From an uncultured bacterium (GTDB lineage Bacteria > Patescibacteriota > Patescibacteriia > UBA1558 > GWA2-36-10), in NCBI GenBank assembly GCA_903855135.1, contig CAINYB010000027.1:18679-82678 (forward strand): a DNA stretch of 64,000 nt, written 5' to 3'. This document shows, in pieces, positions 61,309 through 64,000 of the stretch (its first letter is position 1; every line of letters starts with the position of its first letter). The notes under the pieces are model-generated. The model had not been told where the DNA came from. It did not search any database and saw only the letters and a list, made by a program, of their open reading frames with translations. The position numbers were made by a program, and so were the translations under genes.

Positions 61309-62049
61309 TTATTTTTTGATAAAGCCTTCAATCGCTTTGAGGGTTTCTACTGGTACCATATAAACTACAGTATTACTTTGATCTGAAGCCATGTCATTGA
61401 TAGATTGCAAAGTTCTTAAGTGTAGTGCTCCTGGGGTTTTGGCTAACATTTCCGCAGCTTTAGAGATATTTTCGGAAGCAGCTAATTCTCCTTCAGAATT
61501 GATGATCACGGCGCGTTTTTCTCTTTCGGCTTCTGCTTGTTTACCAATAGTTCTTTCTAGTTCGGCTGGTAGACTGACATCTTTGAGCTCAACGTTTAAA
61601 ACTTTTAGGCCCCAAGCATCAGTTTCTTTGTCAACTATTTCTCTGATGCGGTCAGCGATTTTGTCGCGGCTAGATAATAATTCGTCTAGAGTGACTTCAC
61701 CGACGATATTTCTCATCGTTGTTTGAGCGTATTGAGAGATAGCATAGCGAAAATCTTCGACTTCAATGATGGCTTTTTCTGCCTCACTGACTTTGTAATA
61801 AATCACAGCATTGACTCTAACCGAAACATTGTCTCTAGTAATGGCATTTTGATCTGGCACATCGACTGCTTTAGTTCTGACATCTACTTTTTGAAAACCT
61901 TGAATAATTGGCCAAACTATACGCCAACCTGGTTGCATAATTGAGGTAAATTTACCTAAGGTAAATTTGACGCCTCGTTCGTATTGATTTATCTGTCTGA
62001 CGCTGATCAAGACTAGAAAAATCAAGATAATTACAATTGTGAAAAACAT
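61309..62049 (-). CDS. Stomatin/slipin (SPFH) family protein
   Basis: QYERGVKFTLG, ITRDNV, KQAEAEREKRA. Confidence 0.93.
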   Translation of the reverse strand: MFFTIVIILIFLVLISVRQINQYERGVKFTLGKFTSIMQPGWRIVWPIIQGFQKVDVRTKAVDVPDQNAITRDNVSVRVNAVIYYKVSEAEKAIIEVEDFRYAISQYAQTTMRNIVGEVTLDELLSSRDKIADRIREIVDKETDAWGLKVLNVELKDVSLPAELERTIGKQAEAEREKRAVIINSEGELAASENISKAAEMLAKTPGALHLRTLQSINDMASDQSNTVVYMVPVETLKAIEGFIKK

Positions 62050-62259
62050 ACAAATTTTTTTAATGATTAATTAAACTTAATTATATCTTAGCACTTTACA
62101 CATTTAGCACAATACCCCCGCCGACGGCGGGGGTATTGAAGGGTTAATTTTATTAAATTTAACACCCCAGGTTTATCCTGGGTAGCTGCTTGAAAAAAGT
62201 AATTATTTGTGCCAGACTTATATTGAACAAGGGCTCTTAAAACAAGGAGGGAAAAGATC

Positions 62260-62502
62260 ATGAACGCACAGGATCGTCAGATGCTGGAGAAAATCAGCAA
62301 TAATTGGCTGATGGCCTCTGTTATTGCGGTATTTGTCACTATTGGTGACATATATTTCCTTGGCAAGGAGATTTTTAGTGGTGAGGGCATCGATGATGTA
62401 TATGCTCTCAAATTATCTTTTGCCTCGGTTTTGCTAATTATTCTAAGTTGGTGGTTGATTGGTAAGTATCAAAAGTCCGTAAAAGAGCTAAGGGGGGAGT
62501 AA
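62260..62502 (+). CDS. Small 2-TM orphan (solo cassette)
   Basis: AAGGAGG SD; terminator at 62517-62554. Confidence 0.65.
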   Translation: MNAQDRQMLEKISNNWLMASVIAVFVTIGDIYFLGKEIFSGEGIDDVYALKLSFASVLLIILSWWLIGKYQKSVKELRGE

Positions 62503-62552
62503 AGATTATGTGTGCGAAAAAAGGGCTTCTGGCAACAGGAGCCCTTTTCTTT

Positions 62553-63833
62553 TTATTTACAACTATTTAAACCAGCTAGATGTCCAGTTGCCCAAGAGGC
62601 TTGAAGATTAAAGCCACCAGTAAAGCCGTCAATGTTTAGTATTTCCCCAGCAAAGTATAGATTTGGACAAATTTTTGATTCCATGGTACTTGGATTTACT
62701 TCTGCTAAATCCACGCCACCAGCGGTGACAAATTCATCGCCAGCTTTACGGTCAGTGATAGTTAAGGGAATATTTTTTAGCCAGTTAGCTGTTTGATTTA
62801 ATTCTTTATTGCTAATAGCATTATTTTTTTTGCCTGCCCTGAGCGAAGTCGAAGGGGCTATGTCTATTTTTACTTGTTCGATAACGACAGTAGCCATTGA
62901 TAGAGGAATAAATTGTTGTAAAGTATGTTTAAATAATTTATTTGGATTATTTTTAATAAATTTTTTTAAATCAGTAATAATTTTTTCTATCTTTAAATCT
63001 GGTAATAGATCAATGGTAATTTTCAGTTGTTGATTTGGGCTAAAAGTTTCAAAAGCAATCAAAGAAGATAAAGCAAAAACCGCTGGCCCGCTAATACCCC
63101 AATGCGTAAAAACAAATGGTCCAGTAAAGCTATATTTGTTTACTCGCCCTGTGGGCGATTTTGTTTTAGCACTAAAAGTAGCTTTGCTAAAAGAGAGGCC
63201 AGCTATTAAAGTGGGCCATTTTTCTTTGCTAATCAAAGAGCTTAAAGATGGTGCGAGCTCTGTGATGTGGTGCCCTAAATTTTCTGCTAAACTGTAGCCA
63301 TCACCAGTAGAGCCAGTTTGACGATAAGCTTGCCCGCCCAAAGTCAAAATCACTTTATCTACTTGAAGTGCTTTTTGGGTTTTAAAATTTATAATAAAAC
63401 CAGCAGATTTATGCAATCTCTTTACTTTAGTGACTTGATGATTAAATAAAATATTGGTTTTGTATTTTTTAAAGACTTTTTCAAAAGCTTTGACTACGTC
63501 TTTGCCATTATTAGATATTGGAAACACTCTCATGTCATTTTCACATTTAAGTGGAACGCCGTGATTTTCAAACCAATCCCTGGTATTTTGTGGAGAAAAT
63601 TGACGTATAGCAGAATTTAAAAATTTTCCCCCTCGAGGATATTTACCTAAGATAGCTTGGACATCTTGTAGACCGGTCGTGACATTACAGCGTCCGCCGC
63701 CAGAAATAATAACTTTTTTACCCAAAGAAGCATTTTTTTCAATCAAAAAAACTTCTGCTTTAGGATTATTTTCATTGATTGTCGCAGCGGCCATCATGCC
63801 AGCTGCTCCACCACCGATTATAGCTATTTTCAT
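62553..63833 (-). CDS. HI0933/BaiN-like NAD(P)/FAD-dependent oxidoreductase
   Basis: IIGGGAAG, ISGGGRCNVT, FTHWGISGP, TGGFNLQ. Confidence 0.95.
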   Translation of the reverse strand: MKIAIIGGGAAGMMAAATINENNPKAEVFLIEKNASLGKKVIISGGGRCNVTTGLQDVQAILGKYPRGGKFLNSAIRQFSPQNTRDWFENHGVPLKCENDMRVFPISNNGKDVVKAFEKVFKKYKTNILFNHQVTKVKRLHKSAGFIINFKTQKALQVDKVILTLGGQAYRQTGSTGDGYSLAENLGHHITELAPSLSSLISKEKWPTLIAGLSFSKATFSAKTKSPTGRVNKYSFTGPFVFTHWGISGPAVFALSSLIAFETFSPNQQLKITIDLLPDLKIEKIITDLKKFIKNNPNKLFKHTLQQFIPLSMATVVIEQVKIDIAPSTSLRAGKKNNAISNKELNQTANWLKNIPLTITDRKAGDEFVTAGGVDLAEVNPSTMESKICPNLYFAGEILNIDGFTGGFNLQASWATGHLAGLNSCK

Positions 63834-63899
63834 ATTTTAAAGATTACACTGGGAGCTTAATAAAATCAAGATAAAATAAAAACAGCTTCTCAGCTGTCT

Positions 63900-63973
63900 T
63901 GGCTCGGGGATAGGGAATCGAACCCCAATTGACTGGACCAAAACCAGTTGTCCTACCATTAGACGATCCCCGA
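63900..63973 (-). tRNA. tRNA-Gln(TTG)
   Basis: ACTGG-TTTTGGT-CCAGT anticodon arm, CCA. Confidence 0.95.
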
Positions 63974-64000
63974 ATGAAATAACGAAATTATAATAGTATT

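Overview
AT-rich bacterial chromosome segment, most likely Patescibacteria/CPR (Parcubacteria/ABY1-like). This is an inference from SD-less core genes, a GAD-less AspRS, a DUF5663-like gene and CPR-type surface repeat proteins. The window is mostly housekeeping genes: rplU, recR, ybaB, dnaB, argS, asnS, aspS, scpAB, tpiA, fba, mutM, ftsEX, rpmA, lexA, murA, ctpA, rplI, pyrG, plus six tRNAs. No CRISPR array, integrase or transposase was seen. The best candidate for an undescribed system is at 17541-17772: an unannotated 19-codon leader peptide with 7 Asn codons (MSYQKHNNNNNDNNRFMDR). Its 3' end can pair with the 5' arm of an intrinsic terminator lying directly before tRNA-Asn(GTT), which is followed by asnS, so it looks like an asparagine-sensing, ribosome-mediated attenuator of a tRNA gene. 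Second theme: families of small GC-rich palindromes that nest inside each other's loops, follow tRNA CCA ends, interrupt a tRNA 5' fragment and a DnaA box, and sit in frame inside proteins, with a solo GIY-YIG nuclease in the densest cluster. Third theme: about eight GC-richer orphan genes built as promoter / SD / ORF / terminator cassettes, one of them porin-like. All product calls come from motif recognition by eye; no database searches were run.
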